DNA of 64,000 nt from Bacteroidota bacterium (GCA_013696965.1 JACCXN010000035.1:14393-78392), one strand, 5' to 3'; positions 30,957-41,418 are shown, numbered from the stretch's first letter. The notes: generated by a model from the letters alone, not told the origin. Translations and numbers: made by a program.

Positions 30957-32150
30957 TTAATCTAATTTATTAAAGCATTCTTTTATTTTACTGTATGTTC
31001 TCTCAATATCATTGTCCAAACCAATTGACATTCTCACCAAACCTTCAGAGACTCCTGTTTCTGTTCTTTCATCCTCTGGTATTTCAGATGATGTACTACT
31101 TCCCGGAGCGCTGAATAAAGTTTTGTAAAATCCAAGACTAACGGCTAAATAACCAATTTTTTCCTCCTGCATCATTTCCATTAGCTGATATGCCCTTTTT
31201 TTAGAACCTACATCCATTAAAAGCATTCCGCTATAACCAAATTCGGTATTCATCATATTGGTTAAAAGTTCATGTTGTGGGTGTTCTGTCATTCCTGGAT
31301 AAACAACTTTTATACCTAGTGTTTTCAACCGCTCGGATAAAAATTGGGCATTTTTACTGTGTTGTTTAACTCGTATGTGAAGTGTTCTTAAATTTTTCAA
31401 GATGCTTGCTGCACGCATGCTATCCATTACAGGGCCCAATAACATTGAAGCTCCATTATTAACATCGCTCAAACTGGTAATAAATTCATTGTTTGCGCAT
31501 ATTACTCCCGCAACAGTATCGCTTGAACCGTTAATGTATTTGGTTAAACTATGTATTACAATATCAGCTCCCAAATTAACAGGAGTAACTATCATTGGAG
31601 TGAAGGTATTATCCACTACTAATTTTAGATTATGTGCCTTCGCAATTTTAGATAAGGCAGCAATATCTGCAACTTCAAGCAAAGGATTGCTCAGAGTTTC
31701 ACAATAAAGTATTTTAGTTTTTGGAGTAATGGCTTTTTTTACCTCTTCAAGATTTATAATATTTACAAAAGTGGTATGGACATTAAATTTGGGCAAAAAG
31801 TTTTTAAATAATGCATAAGTTCCCCCATATACAGTTCTTGCGCTAACTATTTCATCCCCGCTACTACATATTTGCATTACTGTACAACTAATAGCTCCCA
31901 TTCCAGAGGAAGCAACCTGAGCTGATTCTGTGTTTTCTAGAGCAGCAAGTGTATCTGAAAGATATTTATTTGTTGGGTTCCAATGTCTGGAATAAAGGTA
32001 ACATCCTTCAAGAGAAGTTTCGAAAATTTCCTCCATTTTATCTGCCTTTAAAAAAGTATAGGTAGATGAATCTTCAATTGAGGGATTTACCCCTCCAAAT
32101 TCTCCAAAATATTGATGGTCCTGAACACTGCTTGCTGGATCAAACTTCAT
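30957..32150 (-). CDS. Cys/Met metabolism PLP-dependent lyase (methionine gamma-lyase-like)
   Basis: YLYSRHWNPT, SSGMGAI, VVDNTF, HSLTKYING, GLVRMSIG. Confidence 0.9.
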   Translation of the reverse strand: MKFDPASSVQDHQYFGEFGGVNPSIEDSSTYTFLKADKMEEIFETSLEGCYLYSRHWNPTNKYLSDTLAALENTESAQVASSGMGAISCTVMQICSSGDEIVSARTVYGGTYALFKNFLPKFNVHTTFVNIINLEEVKKAITPKTKILYCETLSNPLLEVADIAALSKIAKAHNLKLVVDNTFTPMIVTPVNLGADIVIHSLTKYINGSSDTVAGVICANNEFITSLSDVNNGASMLLGPVMDSMRAASILKNLRTLHIRVKQHSKNAQFLSERLKTLGIKVVYPGMTEHPQHELLTNMMNTEFGYSGMLLMDVGSKKRAYQLMEMMQEEKIGYLAVSLGFYKTLFSAPGSSTSSEIPEDERTETGVSEGLVRMSIGLDNDIERTYSKIKECFNKLD

Positions 32151-32329
32151 AATGCTTCTGTATAAGATTAATTTGCAAAAGTACCAATTAGAATTGATTT
32201 TTGATGCTGCAAGATTATTTTATACAGAATATTTATTTTGATTTGCAAATGGGATTTACTAGATAAAGCCACCCAAAAATAGGAGAATCGGATAAGTATA
32301 TAACAAAATTATTTCTTGCATTATTTCTT

Positions 32330-32708
32330 AAGGATTTATCTATAGCATTTCTGCTACAATCTTTCCTCTCGGACCTTTTCTGCTAAAATATTTTTTTCAA
32401 AAAAACCTTTCTCCCAAAACCTTTTCTCATAGAATATCACCAAGAATCTTGATCAATCAATGATGATACTTTTAGCGTAATGCTTCATTAAACTTTATGC
32501 ATTTCGGTTTACCTTGAATTCGTGTTTCATATTTGATTTGAGCTTATTTTGATTTATATATACCGCTCCGTGCATCGCAATTACGCTTGATTTCGCTATA
32601 AACCACTGATATATCAACTCTGATTATTTTTGCAATAGAAGATTTTGATTCTCTTTCTTGTAACAATACCTCATTTTTACACCTTTGCTCTTGTGAAAGA
32701 TGTGACAT
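32330..32708 (-). pseudogene. IS30-family transposase N-terminal remnant
   Basis: Manual translation MSHLSQEQRCKNEVLLQERESKSSIAKIIRVDISVVYSEIKRNCDARSGIYKSK*AQIKYETR..KPK, with internal stops and no DDE domain; distal end approximate. Confidence 0.75.
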
Positions 32709-32798
32709 TACAACTTTATTTTTGGCGATTTATCGGGGTAAAATAACTACTTTCCAAGAAACAGAGAGGGAAATTTTATAATTTTCCTCCTGTTTTTA

Positions 32799-32925
32799 TA
32801 TTTATTTTACCTCGCAATCTAAAAGTTGCATTTGTTAGTTGAATCTAATTATTTATTTTACCTCGCAATCTAAAAGTTGCATTTGTTAATTGAATCTAAT
32901 GTTACAATTGTTAATTGAATCTAAT
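32799..32925. repeat. 51-bp tandem repeat (2 copies plus a partial) containing an IS30-like terminal inverted repeat
   Basis: tatttattttacctcgcaatctaaaagttgcatttgtta(g/a)ttgaatctaat at 32799 and 32850; partial copy 32901-32925. Confidence 0.8.
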
Positions 32926-32943
32926 TTTTAAAAAGAACGCCTG

Positions 32944-34587
32944 TCATTTTTCTTTTCTAATTTGCGCATGAATTTTTTCATAGACCATAAAACTTTCCGG
33001 GATTTTTTCCAATGAAAGGTCGGAGTTAGCAGGTCCATTGACAACTTTTCCATAACAGCTGAACCTGGAACCATGACAGGGACAATCAAAAGTTTTTTCA
33101 TCATTATTCCAATGCACAACACATTTCAGGTGCGGACAAATAGCATTGTAGGCATGAATTTCACCGAATTCGTCCTTGTAAACCGCTAATCGACTCATTC
33201 CATTTCGAATAATTGCACCTTCACCTTTCATAAGAAAGTCTTCGTTTTCAACTTTATCTCCTTTTAAAAAATCACCGTATTGTTTTATGACATTTGCATT
33301 TTCTTCAATAAACTCTTTTGTTGATTCTAAATGAATGCGAGAAGGATCGTATATTTTTGCCCAGTCGTTTTTTCTGCCATGAATAAGGTCAGTAATTAAA
33401 ATGCCGGCTATTGTTCCATGAGTCATTCCATTACCTGAGTCTCCAGTTACAATGTAAATATTTTTGCTATCCATTGGATTTCTTCCAATAAATGCCAAGT
33501 AGTCAACAGGTTCTATTACTTGCCCTGACCATTTATATATAATTTCCTCAATTGGAAATCTTTTTAAAGCCCATTTCTTAAGTCTTTGGAATCGGTCAAT
33601 TACTTGTTCCTCATCCTGCCCGGTTTTATGATCTTCACCACCTATGATTAGTAGATCATATTTATGATCATAGGACTGTAACCTAACGTAATGATATGGA
33701 TTTGTATGCCATTTTGAATTCTGCTCACCTGTATCCCACCATAATGCTTTTGGTAATGAATTTTTAGGAATTTTTGCACCTATTACATAAGTACGATAAG
33801 GAGCCTGCTTGGTGTGAATTGCCACTTTATTATTTACCGGGGAATTTGTTGCTACCACAATTTGTTTTGCCTTTACACGATAACCATGTGAAGTAACAAT
33901 ACCATTTTTATCAATTGTTTTGGCATGAGTTCCTGTAAATATCATTCCTCCAAATGAAATTATTACATCACACAATCCTTTAAGATACTTCATTGGATGG
34001 AATTGCGCCTGATCTTTAAATTTAAGACAAGGGCCTTGTTCTGTTGGTATTCCAGGAATATGGTTTATGATTTCAGTATTTATACCAGCTCTTTGCGTTG
34101 CTTCATATTCTTCAATTATGGATTCCTCCTTATCTGAGGAATGTAAAAATAAATATCCGTTAAGTCTTTCAAAATCACATGGAATTGCTTCTTCCAATAC
34201 AATTTTTTCTATCATTTCAATAGCAGCTGTATGACTTTGAGCTGCAAGCCGAGCTCCCTCATGTCCAAAAACCTTTTCAATTTCAAAATATCTGTCATCT
34301 AGGGCATTTACAATGTGTGCAGTAGTTCGTCCTGTTTCCCCACTTCCAATATAACCATCTTCAATAATAGCAACTGTTTTCCCTTCTTTAACTAACATAT
34401 ATGCAGTTGTTACACCAGCAATTCCTCCGCCAACTATTACCACATCTACACTTATGTCTTGTTGTAGTTCGGAATAACTAACTGGAACGGAAGAATTTAT
34501 CCAAAAAGTGTTGTTTTGTCCCGAAGTTATATCACCACTTGCATCAGATAAGTCAAAATTATTTTCATTGTTATTTATAATGGTCAT
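32944..34587 (-). CDS. FAD-dependent oxidoreductase with C-terminal Rieske domain (YhfW-like)
   Basis: VVIVGGGIAG, GETGRTTAH, GDSGNGMTHG, CPHLKC...FDCPCHGSRF. Confidence 0.93.
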   Translation of the reverse strand: MTIINNNENNFDLSDASGDITSGQNNTFWINSSVPVSYSELQQDISVDVVIVGGGIAGVTTAYMLVKEGKTVAIIEDGYIGSGETGRTTAHIVNALDDRYFEIEKVFGHEGARLAAQSHTAAIEMIEKIVLEEAIPCDFERLNGYLFLHSSDKEESIIEEYEATQRAGINTEIINHIPGIPTEQGPCLKFKDQAQFHPMKYLKGLCDVIISFGGMIFTGTHAKTIDKNGIVTSHGYRVKAKQIVVATNSPVNNKVAIHTKQAPYRTYVIGAKIPKNSLPKALWWDTGEQNSKWHTNPYHYVRLQSYDHKYDLLIIGGEDHKTGQDEEQVIDRFQRLKKWALKRFPIEEIIYKWSGQVIEPVDYLAFIGRNPMDSKNIYIVTGDSGNGMTHGTIAGILITDLIHGRKNDWAKIYDPSRIHLESTKEFIEENANVIKQYGDFLKGDKVENEDFLMKGEGAIIRNGMSRLAVYKDEFGEIHAYNAICPHLKCVVHWNNDEKTFDCPCHGSRFSCYGKVVNGPANSDLSLEKIPESFMVYEKIHAQIRKEK

Positions 34588-34602
34588 TGTTTTTTATAAG
34601 TG

Positions 34603-34884
34603 TTAGTGTGAGTTATTATTTTTTGAGTTATTCGGTTTGTTTGTATTGTTTTTTAAAATACTTTTAGTGGAATTAATGTTTGGGTTTCGTAAGTTGGGCT
34701 TAGGCATGTTTGGATTGTTTTTTCTTTTATTGTCCTCCCTAAAAAACAAATAAAGCGCAACTAATAAGGCTATTCCAAGTATGAAATAAATTGGCCATGT
34801 TGGTATAATTAAAAATACAACAACAACCCATGCAATTAGGATTATTATTATTAGAATCAGAAAAATTCTTCTTGCTGTTCCCAC
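34603..34884 (-). CDS. Small two-TM protein with N/K/P-rich tail
   Basis: Two hydrophobic helices then a low-complexity tail; GTG start. Confidence 0.6.
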   Translation of the reverse strand: MGTARRIFLILIIIILIAWVVVVFLIIPTWPIYFILGIALLVALYLFFREDNKRKNNPNMPKPNLRNPNINSTKSILKNNTNKPNNSKNNNSH

Positions 34885-35042
34885 TATGTTTTTTTTGTTT
34901 TAATAGTTAATAAAATATCCTGCCAGTTTTATTGAAGTTGATAAAACAGACCATTCAGCCTCGAAATCTTGTTAAGAATGAAAATATTGAATGGGAATTT
35001 TAATGTTATTCGAATTTCTGAACTTAAAATATTGTGATTTTT

Positions 35043-35081
35043 TGTAGAAGGTTTTCTACAAACTGAGAAAATTCCCACTCT
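35043..35081. promoter_or_regulatory. 18-bp palindrome plus a second half-site at +21, upstream of a TGGCAG box (34911-34925, minus strand)
   Basis: tgtagaa-ggtt-ttctaca (perfect arms) followed by tgagaaa. Confidence 0.55.
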
Positions 35082-35445
35082 ATTCCAGAAGGTTTTTTAC
35101 TGTTTTAATAAGCAATTGCGGAGAAAAAGGTTTTAACAGGCAGGCATCAGCCTGGGTAATAGTTGCTTGTAATATTTCTTTTTCCATTCCACTTAGAATA
35201 ATTACAGGAACAGGTTTTTTATACAAATGATTTTTAACGTGGTCAATTATTTCAAATCCTCCTGAGAAAGGAAGCATAATGTCTGTTATTACTAAATCAA
35301 AATCATCATCATTAAATTTATGGATGGCTTTTTTTACGGTTTGTACAGCACTTACTTTATAGTTTTCAAGTTCAAGAAAGCTTACTATTGATTGTCGAAT
35401 AAAAGGCTCATCCTCAATGACTAAAATATTTTTTATTTTCCCCAT
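35080..35445 (-). CDS. Single-domain response regulator
   Basis: LVIEDE, LVITDIMLP, LSG, LLKPF; TAATG overlap with the DUF2490 gene. Confidence 0.92.
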   Translation of the reverse strand: MGKIKNILVIEDEPFIRQSIVSFLELENYKVSAVQTVKKAIHKFNDDDFDLVITDIMLPFSGGFEIIDHVKNHLYKKPVPVIILSGMEKEILQATITQADACLLKPFSPQLLIKTVKNLLE

Positions 35446-36128
35446 TAAATTATAATATTTACACTGGTTCCTAATATATAATGAGTGGCAGGTACATTAA
35501 TGTTTTGAATGGTGCGCAACATATAATAGACCGAAATACTGGTGTATTTATTAAATGAATAATCCATCCCTAATTTAAATCTTTGCTGAACCCATTTTGT
35601 ATCGGGAAATTCATCCATAGTATTAAAAAATTCAACTGCAGCGTATGGAGTCCATTGCTTATTTAATTCAACATTAGCCTGAATTTTATGTCTTAAAAAT
35701 TGTTGTGGAATCCTTCCATTTTCTGATGAAAACATATCCTTATAATTCATCTGGTATCTCAACCTATAACTTAATTCTATTGGCTTCCATTCATTTTTTA
35801 AAATCAAATCAGTTACTAACCTGTGTCTTGAGCTAAATGCAAAGTCTCTTTGAACATTTTGGCTGTTTCGGTAACTCATTCCTATTCTCAAATGCTTATT
35901 GAATTTATAGGCAATACCAACATCAATAAATCCTTTCTGAACTTCTGTGGCGTTGTTTCTAAGCCTTATTTCCTGCCTAATATTTATACTTGTTCCAGGG
36001 GCTATTTCTTTCTTTAATTTCAATCCAGACCAAATAAGAAAGTCTTGTGTGTTTTGACTTTTTACTTGATCTGGCCCCAACCAAAAAAACAAGAGCAAAA
36101 TGAGAATTATTACTGTTTCTTTTTTCAT
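35445..36128 (-). CDS. DUF2490-like outer-membrane beta-barrel
   Basis: Signal peptide, alternating beta-strand pattern, RQEIRLR, RLRYQ, PYAAVEFF. Confidence 0.75.
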   Translation of the reverse strand: MKKETVIILILLLFFWLGPDQVKSQNTQDFLIWSGLKLKKEIAPGTSINIRQEIRLRNNATEVQKGFIDVGIAYKFNKHLRIGMSYRNSQNVQRDFAFSSRHRLVTDLILKNEWKPIELSYRLRYQMNYKDMFSSENGRIPQQFLRHKIQANVELNKQWTPYAAVEFFNTMDEFPDTKWVQQRFKLGMDYSFNKYTSISVYYMLRTIQNINVPATHYILGTSVNIII

Positions 36129-36155
36129 CAATGTTTATGTTTTAAGTAACACATC

Positions 36156-36848
36156 TTAATTTTGTAAAGAAGATTGTGACGCTGCTTTTATACTTGTTTT
36201 TTCCACCAAAACTTTTTGCTGTTTAGTATCCAAATAATATATTTTTACACTTGCACTATCTTTCATGAAATTGATTTTACTAATTGAAATTCTGTGGATA
36301 TTAAGTCCAGTTCTTGCTTTTAAGTCTTCAATTAATAGGGCATGATTTTCTGGTTTTATCATTTCTATGTTTTCATACTGCACCTTTTGCGTATTCTCAT
36401 TTTTCATAAATAGATTCCCATCAAGAAAATAAGCGCAAGTCAATATAATTGAATTGATTAAAATAGTTTCGAAATATGTTCCTTTGGCAACAGCACTAAT
36501 TAGTCCTATTGCAATAACAATAAACAAATAGGTCATATCCTTTGCTGAAATATTGACAGTACGATATCTTAACAAAGAAAAAACAGCGAATAGTCCGAAG
36601 GCAGCTCCCATAGAAAGTTCAACCTTATTTAACAGATAGGTAATGATAAATATCACCACATTAAAAAGAAAGTAGGTGAAAAAATAATCTTTTTTCTTAT
36701 AAATGGGATAGTAAATTAGCCTGATGAGTATTAGTACAGAAAGGAAATTAATTGCTAACCGTAAAAAAAATTTTGCTCCTATTTTGTCAAATAGTTCAAA
36801 ATTTGGAAATACATCATTGGTTTGAGTAATAACTTCAAGAAGTAACAT
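36156..36848 (-). CDS. DUF4956 membrane protein
   Basis: GAAFGLFAVFSLLRYRT, KDMTYLF, DLKARTGL. Confidence 0.88.
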   Translation of the reverse strand: MLLLEVITQTNDVFPNFELFDKIGAKFFLRLAINFLSVLILIRLIYYPIYKKKDYFFTYFLFNVVIFIITYLLNKVELSMGAAFGLFAVFSLLRYRTVNISAKDMTYLFIVIAIGLISAVAKGTYFETILINSIILTCAYFLDGNLFMKNENTQKVQYENIEMIKPENHALLIEDLKARTGLNIHRISISKINFMKDSASVKIYYLDTKQQKVLVEKTSIKAASQSSLQN

Positions 36849-37614
36849 ACATTATTTTTTTTAAGGTTAATAATTTGGGTTTGAATAGGTTTTGTTTTAT
36901 TTTGGGGAATAATTGTGTAATTCCAAAACAATATTTGCTTATTGATATTTTTCTTATTTTGTTTTTATTCATTACTTGATGAAAAAATGATTTAATAGAA
37001 TTACCGTCTTGTTTCAATTCAGCAATTACCAGGAATTCAAATGTTTTTTCACCCTGCTCATTTTTCATTGTTAAATCAATATCAAGGGTTACTCTTTCAG
37101 TTAAATCGTTATTGACTAATGTAATGCGAGAATAGTTTATCCAGCAGACGGGCTTAAGACTTTCAGCCTTGATATTTGCAATAGATCGTAGAAATTTTTT
37201 AGCAGCTTTGCTTAAAGACTGTTCAATACTTTCTAGCTTAATTCTGTTTTTTATTGTTCTGGATTTATTGTTTTTAAACTTGATTTCAAAAAAATTCAGA
37301 TTTGACTCAACATATTTTCTACATCTTATTTTATACCGGTTTGATTTTCCATTGTGATGATTCAGGTATAAATCATATTTTTCCGTATCAAAATACAGTG
37401 TCTCGTAATTTGAGATTCTGTTATTCATAATTTCCAAAACTTTATAATTTTCTTTTAAATTTTGAAGAACTATTTTCAATTTATCCAAATGAAAAACAAA
37501 TTTTATATCAGTTCTATTCATTAACTTGACATTGTCCATTTCATTTAAATTTAAAGACCTGAAATCCTTTAATTCTTGCATAATTTGTTCAAAGAGGACT
37601 GAATCATTTGTCAT
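36835..37614 (-). CDS. VTC/polyphosphate polymerase (CYTH/TTM) domain protein
   Basis: LMNRTDIKF, YETLYFDT, RYKIRCRKY, FFEIKFK, ERVTLD, IAELKQ, ISKYC; start 37614 or 37632. Confidence 0.88.
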   Translation of the reverse strand: MTNDSVLFEQIMQELKDFRSLNLNEMDNVKLMNRTDIKFVFHLDKLKIVLQNLKENYKVLEIMNNRISNYETLYFDTEKYDLYLNHHNGKSNRYKIRCRKYVESNLNFFEIKFKNNKSRTIKNRIKLESIEQSLSKAAKKFLRSIANIKAESLKPVCWINYSRITLVNNDLTERVTLDIDLTMKNEQGEKTFEFLVIAELKQDGNSIKSFFHQVMNKNKIRKISISKYCFGITQLFPKIKQNLFKPKLLTLKKIMYVTS

Positions 37615-37846
37615 AATCGAGCGGGTTTGCATATAGTTAAGTGCCTTTTCATTATATACCTTTCCTTTTTCTAAAGCTCTATTTACATGGATTTATACTA
37701 ACTTTTTTACTTGCTTTAATTATTATCAAGCTTAAATTTATTAAATTTTACCAGCTATACTTTTCTTTTCAATTGTAGATGTTTTTTATCATCAATTGTA
37801 TATTTGCATTACCATTTCTTCCTTTTTAAAAGCATCAAAAGACATA

Positions 37847-38587
37847 CTAATTAAAAATAACTAAGTTGTTTAATTGTAAAATTTGATCTCTACTATTAAT
37901 TTCTGCTTTATGCTTTACCATAATAGTTCCTGATGGTGATAATTGGGCAGAATCTTTAGAATAGGTATAAATTTCATATTTGCCTTTTCTTAGGTTTTTG
38001 AATTCAAATGATCCATCGTAACTTGTTCTTATTCTCTCGCTGTAGGATACTTCATTTCCGCATTTTAAATATACAGTCTCATCCTGAGCACCATACTCTC
38101 CTTTTAGTTCAGTGAAACTTGCATTGTAATTTTTCACCCAAATTTTTCCTCTAATTGAAGCGCTTCCGCCTTTATTTGCTGGCTGATAAATTATTAAATC
38201 ATTTATTTCAACATTTTGCTTTTTATCGCTTATTTCGAAATTTCGTAAAACTGGGGTTTTAGGTGAAGATGAAACTTTGGAAGTATCCATCCCATAGGCA
38301 AAAATTTTATAATTTCCTTTTCTTAAGTATTTGAATTCAAATGAACCATCATGATTTGTCCTTATATCATCACCAAAGCCATCTTGCTCATTATCATAAA
38401 CCAAAAAGACCCTTTCTTCAGGTTCAACATCCTCTTGAGAAACAATAAATTCGGGGGAATGGTAATTTCCTGCATACAATTTACCTTTTACAATTGCTTT
38501 TCCACCTGTTCCTGCCTCTTTTTTGCAGGATGTGAAAATTATGAGGGCAATAGAAAATAGTATAAATAGTGTAAATTTTTTTTTCAT
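37847..38587 (-). CDS. Lipoprotein with two internal repeats of a carboxypeptidase-regulatory-like beta-sandwich
   Basis: Lipobox FTSC; duplicated GG.A.(V/I).GK...IRT..DGSFEFK.LRKG.Y.I. Confidence 0.75.
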   Translation of the reverse strand: MKKKFTLFILFSIALIIFTSCKKEAGTGGKAIVKGKLYAGNYHSPEFIVSQEDVEPEERVFLVYDNEQDGFGDDIRTNHDGSFEFKYLRKGNYKIFAYGMDTSKVSSSPKTPVLRNFEISDKKQNVEINDLIIYQPANKGGSASIRGKIWVKNYNASFTELKGEYGAQDETVYLKCGNEVSYSERIRTSYDGSFEFKNLRKGKYEIYTYSKDSAQLSPSGTIMVKHKAEINSRDQILQLNNLVIFN

Positions 38588-38758
38588 TGTTATTATTTTA
38601 TAAACAATTAATTAAATAGTTTAAATCAGGAATAATTATCAAAAGACCTTGCCATAATAATTAAATATAAAAGTGCTGGAAGATGGCTTGTTAAGCTATT
38701 GGTTAACAAGCAATTTTTATATATTGATTTATTAATCTTGGCAATTAATGAAATTCAA

Positions 38759-38797
38759 TGAGAAAAATTTTCTACATTATGTGAAATATATTCAGGT
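38759..38797. promoter_or_regulatory. Paired 18-bp sites upstream of a TGGCAA box (38649-38654, minus strand)
   Basis: tgagaaa-aatt-ttctaca and tgtgaaa-tata-ttcaggt, 21 bp apart. Confidence 0.55.
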
Positions 38798-38813
38798 GAG
38801 TGCGAAAATAATA

Positions 38814-38847
38814 TGGCCATCTTGAAAAAATATTTTCAAGACGGCCA
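38814..38847 (-). terminator. Stem-loop after the DUF4142 gene
   Basis: tggccatcttgaaaa / ttttcaagacggcca. Confidence 0.65.
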
Positions 38848-38869
38848 AAATTTAAAAAATCAAGGAATT

Positions 38870-39505
38870 TTATATATCCCTTTGCGCATTATTTTCGCTG
38901 TTTCCTTCTGTGTCAAAGGCATCTCCTTCCAAAACTCCTTTTTCACTATCCTTTAATTGTTCTTCAATACTCTCCACTTTTTCAAGTTGGGTTCTTAGTC
39001 TGGGTAGTGTATTCAGAGCAAATTCTCTAATTTCAGGAATATCAGTTTCACGGGCAAGACTTTCAAAATCATTTATTTTGTCCTGATAGTTACTTTTTAT
39101 TTCATCTACATATTCCTTGTCGAAATCAATGCCTTCATTATCAGTTACACTGTTTATTTTGTCTTGGTGATCATCTGACATAGTTCCAGGTAATACGACT
39201 GGTTCTTTTTGAGCAAGGGCCTCGAGTTCACTTTGAATTTCACGGTGTTCTGTTGCAATATCCTTTGCAAATTGCTGAACTTCAGGAGTAACAGCTTTTT
39301 CTTCTGCTATCCTTGATAATTCCATATTCATCATGTTCATACTTGCTGTTTCAGTTAGTATTTCAGCTGTCTTATCATCCATTATTCTTTCCTCTGTTCT
39401 TTCTTGTGCTTTTTCTACCGGGTCCTCATTTTTTGTTCCCGTTTCACATGCTATATTTAGCATTAAACCAAAAGCGCATAGTCCTATAAAAAATTTTGTT
39501 TTCAT
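38870..39505 (-). CDS. DUF4142 lipoprotein
   Basis: Lipobox NIAC, EVQQFAKDIATEH, DFDKEYV, FALNTLPRLRTQL; start at MKTKFF (39505). Confidence 0.85.
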   Translation of the reverse strand: MKTKFFIGLCAFGLMLNIACETGTKNEDPVEKAQERTEERIMDDKTAEILTETASMNMMNMELSRIAEEKAVTPEVQQFAKDIATEHREIQSELEALAQKEPVVLPGTMSDDHQDKINSVTDNEGIDFDKEYVDEIKSNYQDKINDFESLARETDIPEIREFALNTLPRLRTQLEKVESIEEQLKDSEKGVLEGDAFDTEGNSENNAQRDI

Positions 39506-39886
39506 TTTTTTAAGTTTTAATGTTTGTGGTTTTATCTTGTCCAATATCTGTGCTATCCAAAAAGCATTTTCTTTTGAATACTTTCCATTGCTTATAATTT
39601 GAATTTTAAGTCATTCATTTATAATAATATACCTTGTTTTAATTTTTATTTTAACTGATTATTTCGTGGTTTTTTTTCATCGGATGTTTGCTTAACTGAT
39701 CCATTTTGGGAAACTTATATCCAAATTGATTTTGTTTTTGAGTACTTTAAAAAATCAAAGGATTTTGAAACTTAGTTTATTCCTTTTTTTGAGTAATTCA
39801 CTGGAAAAATGGCTTTTTAGCAATAATCTTACAAAAGCAATGTTTTTTTAGTTTTAGTATATTACTTTTATCTGAAATTAATCAAG

Positions 39887-40867
39887 ATGAGCATTACCCT
39901 TCAGGAAATAAAAGAATCCTTCACAAGTAATTTCAGTTTTTATCTTGATTCTTTTTTTTATCTTTTAAAAAACCCCAGTTGGGATAATCCCTTTTACATT
40001 ATTCTTTGTATCTATTTCATAACATTTTCTCTTGAAGTAATTCTGCCAAAAAAAGAAAAGTATCCCCTATTGGAGCGCAAAGGATTTAAACTTGATATTT
40101 TTTATCTGTTTTTTATTGATTTTTTGTTAATGGCCATTGGATTTTATGCAATGGTTAGTGTTGTTGAGAAAATATTTTTAGGTTCTCTTTTGTTCTTTGG
40201 AATAAGTACTCCAATATTGAATATCGAAGTTCTTCCGGAACTTGTTCAATTTTTGATCTTTTTTATTCTTGTAGATTTTGTCCAATTTCTGGGGCATTAC
40301 CTTCTTCACAGAATTGATTTTTTATGGGAATTTCATAAGATTCACCATGCACAGGAACAACTTGGTTTTGCTTCAACCCGGCATTTTCATTGGTTTGAAT
40401 ATATTGTGTTTAAGCCTCTTTTATATATTCCTTTTGGTTTACTTGGATTTGGGGTTAAATATTATGTTGTTTATTATTTATGGATCGGCTTGTTTTTTAC
40501 TTTTTTATCGCATTGCAATGTTAAAATTAATTGGGGATTTTCGAATTATATCTTTATTAATCCAGATACTCATTTTTGGCATCATTCAAAAAATGGACCT
40601 GGGAAATTCGGGGTTAATTTCGCCTCTGTTTTAAATGTTTGGGATTTGCTTTTCGGTACCTTTTATTTACCTGAAAATAAAAAGCCACAACTGGGTGTAC
40701 ATGATATTAAAGAAATCCCAAATGGTTTTTTGGGACAAATGATTCATCCATTTAAATCTGTTTTCAGGAAAAAGCCCCAAACTCCTCAAAGTGAAATTGT
40801 AAGTACAACTATGATGAACAAAGAAAAAATAAAAAAATCAATCAAAAAGGGCACAATTAAAAAGTAG
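39887..40867 (+). CDS. Sterol desaturase/fatty acid hydroxylase family protein
   Basis: His boxes HYLLH, HKIHH, HFWHH; NFASVLNVWD.LFGT. Confidence 0.9.
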   Translation: MSITLQEIKESFTSNFSFYLDSFFYLLKNPSWDNPFYIILCIYFITFSLEVILPKKEKYPLLERKGFKLDIFYLFFIDFLLMAIGFYAMVSVVEKIFLGSLLFFGISTPILNIEVLPELVQFLIFFILVDFVQFLGHYLLHRIDFLWEFHKIHHAQEQLGFASTRHFHWFEYIVFKPLLYIPFGLLGFGVKYYVVYYLWIGLFFTFLSHCNVKINWGFSNYIFINPDTHFWHHSKNGPGKFGVNFASVLNVWDLLFGTFYLPENKKPQLGVHDIKEIPNGFLGQMIHPFKSVFRKKPQTPQSEIVSTTMMNKEKIKKSIKKGTIKK

Positions 40868-41085
40868 GATTTTCTTATCCTTTTGGAATAATTTTAAAGG
40901 TTGGTTAACTCTATTATCTCCTATTCCCCTTAATTATTGCATTAAATGTTTGTTAGCATTAATTCTTAGGGCAACCCGAAACGACCTGACAATAATTCAA
41001 AATCCCGTTCACGGCAGACAATTATTTCGACAAATATTTGGTCAGTTCAGATCTATATCGTAATATTGCAATATAATTATACAAA

Positions 41086-41418
41086 ATGGGTGCAACAAAG
41101 ACCGAACATTTTACCGACAAACAAAATTCCATTGCGACACTTATCAAAGCTCTCGGACATCCTGCAAGGATTGCTATCGTAGAGTATTTAATGAAAGTGG
41201 ATGCTTGTATTTGTGGCGACATTGTAAACGAACTTCCTCTTTCACAGCCGACAGTTTCGCAGCACTTGAAAGAACTCAAGACGGCTGGACTGATTAAAGG
41301 AAGTGTCGAGGGCAATTCAATTTGTTACTGCATAGACGAGAATGCAATCGGTAAACTTCAAGACTACTTCGCAAACATTTCAGACAAATTAGAAAAAAAG
41401 AAAGATAATTGTTGCTAA
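41086..41418 (+). CDS. arsR: ArsR/SmtB regulator
   Basis: KALGHPARI, CICGDI, LSQPTVSQHLKELK, C-terminal CC. Confidence 0.92.
   Translation: MGATKTEHFTDKQNSIATLIKALGHPARIAIVEYLMKVDACICGDIVNELPLSQPTVSQHLKELKTAGLIKGSVEGNSICYCIDENAIGKLQDYFANISDKLEKKKDNCC

Noticed and set aside
32799-32925. Possible CRISPR array
   Set aside because: Units are contiguous 51-bp copies with no unique spacers and no cas genes; better explained as IS30-like ends.
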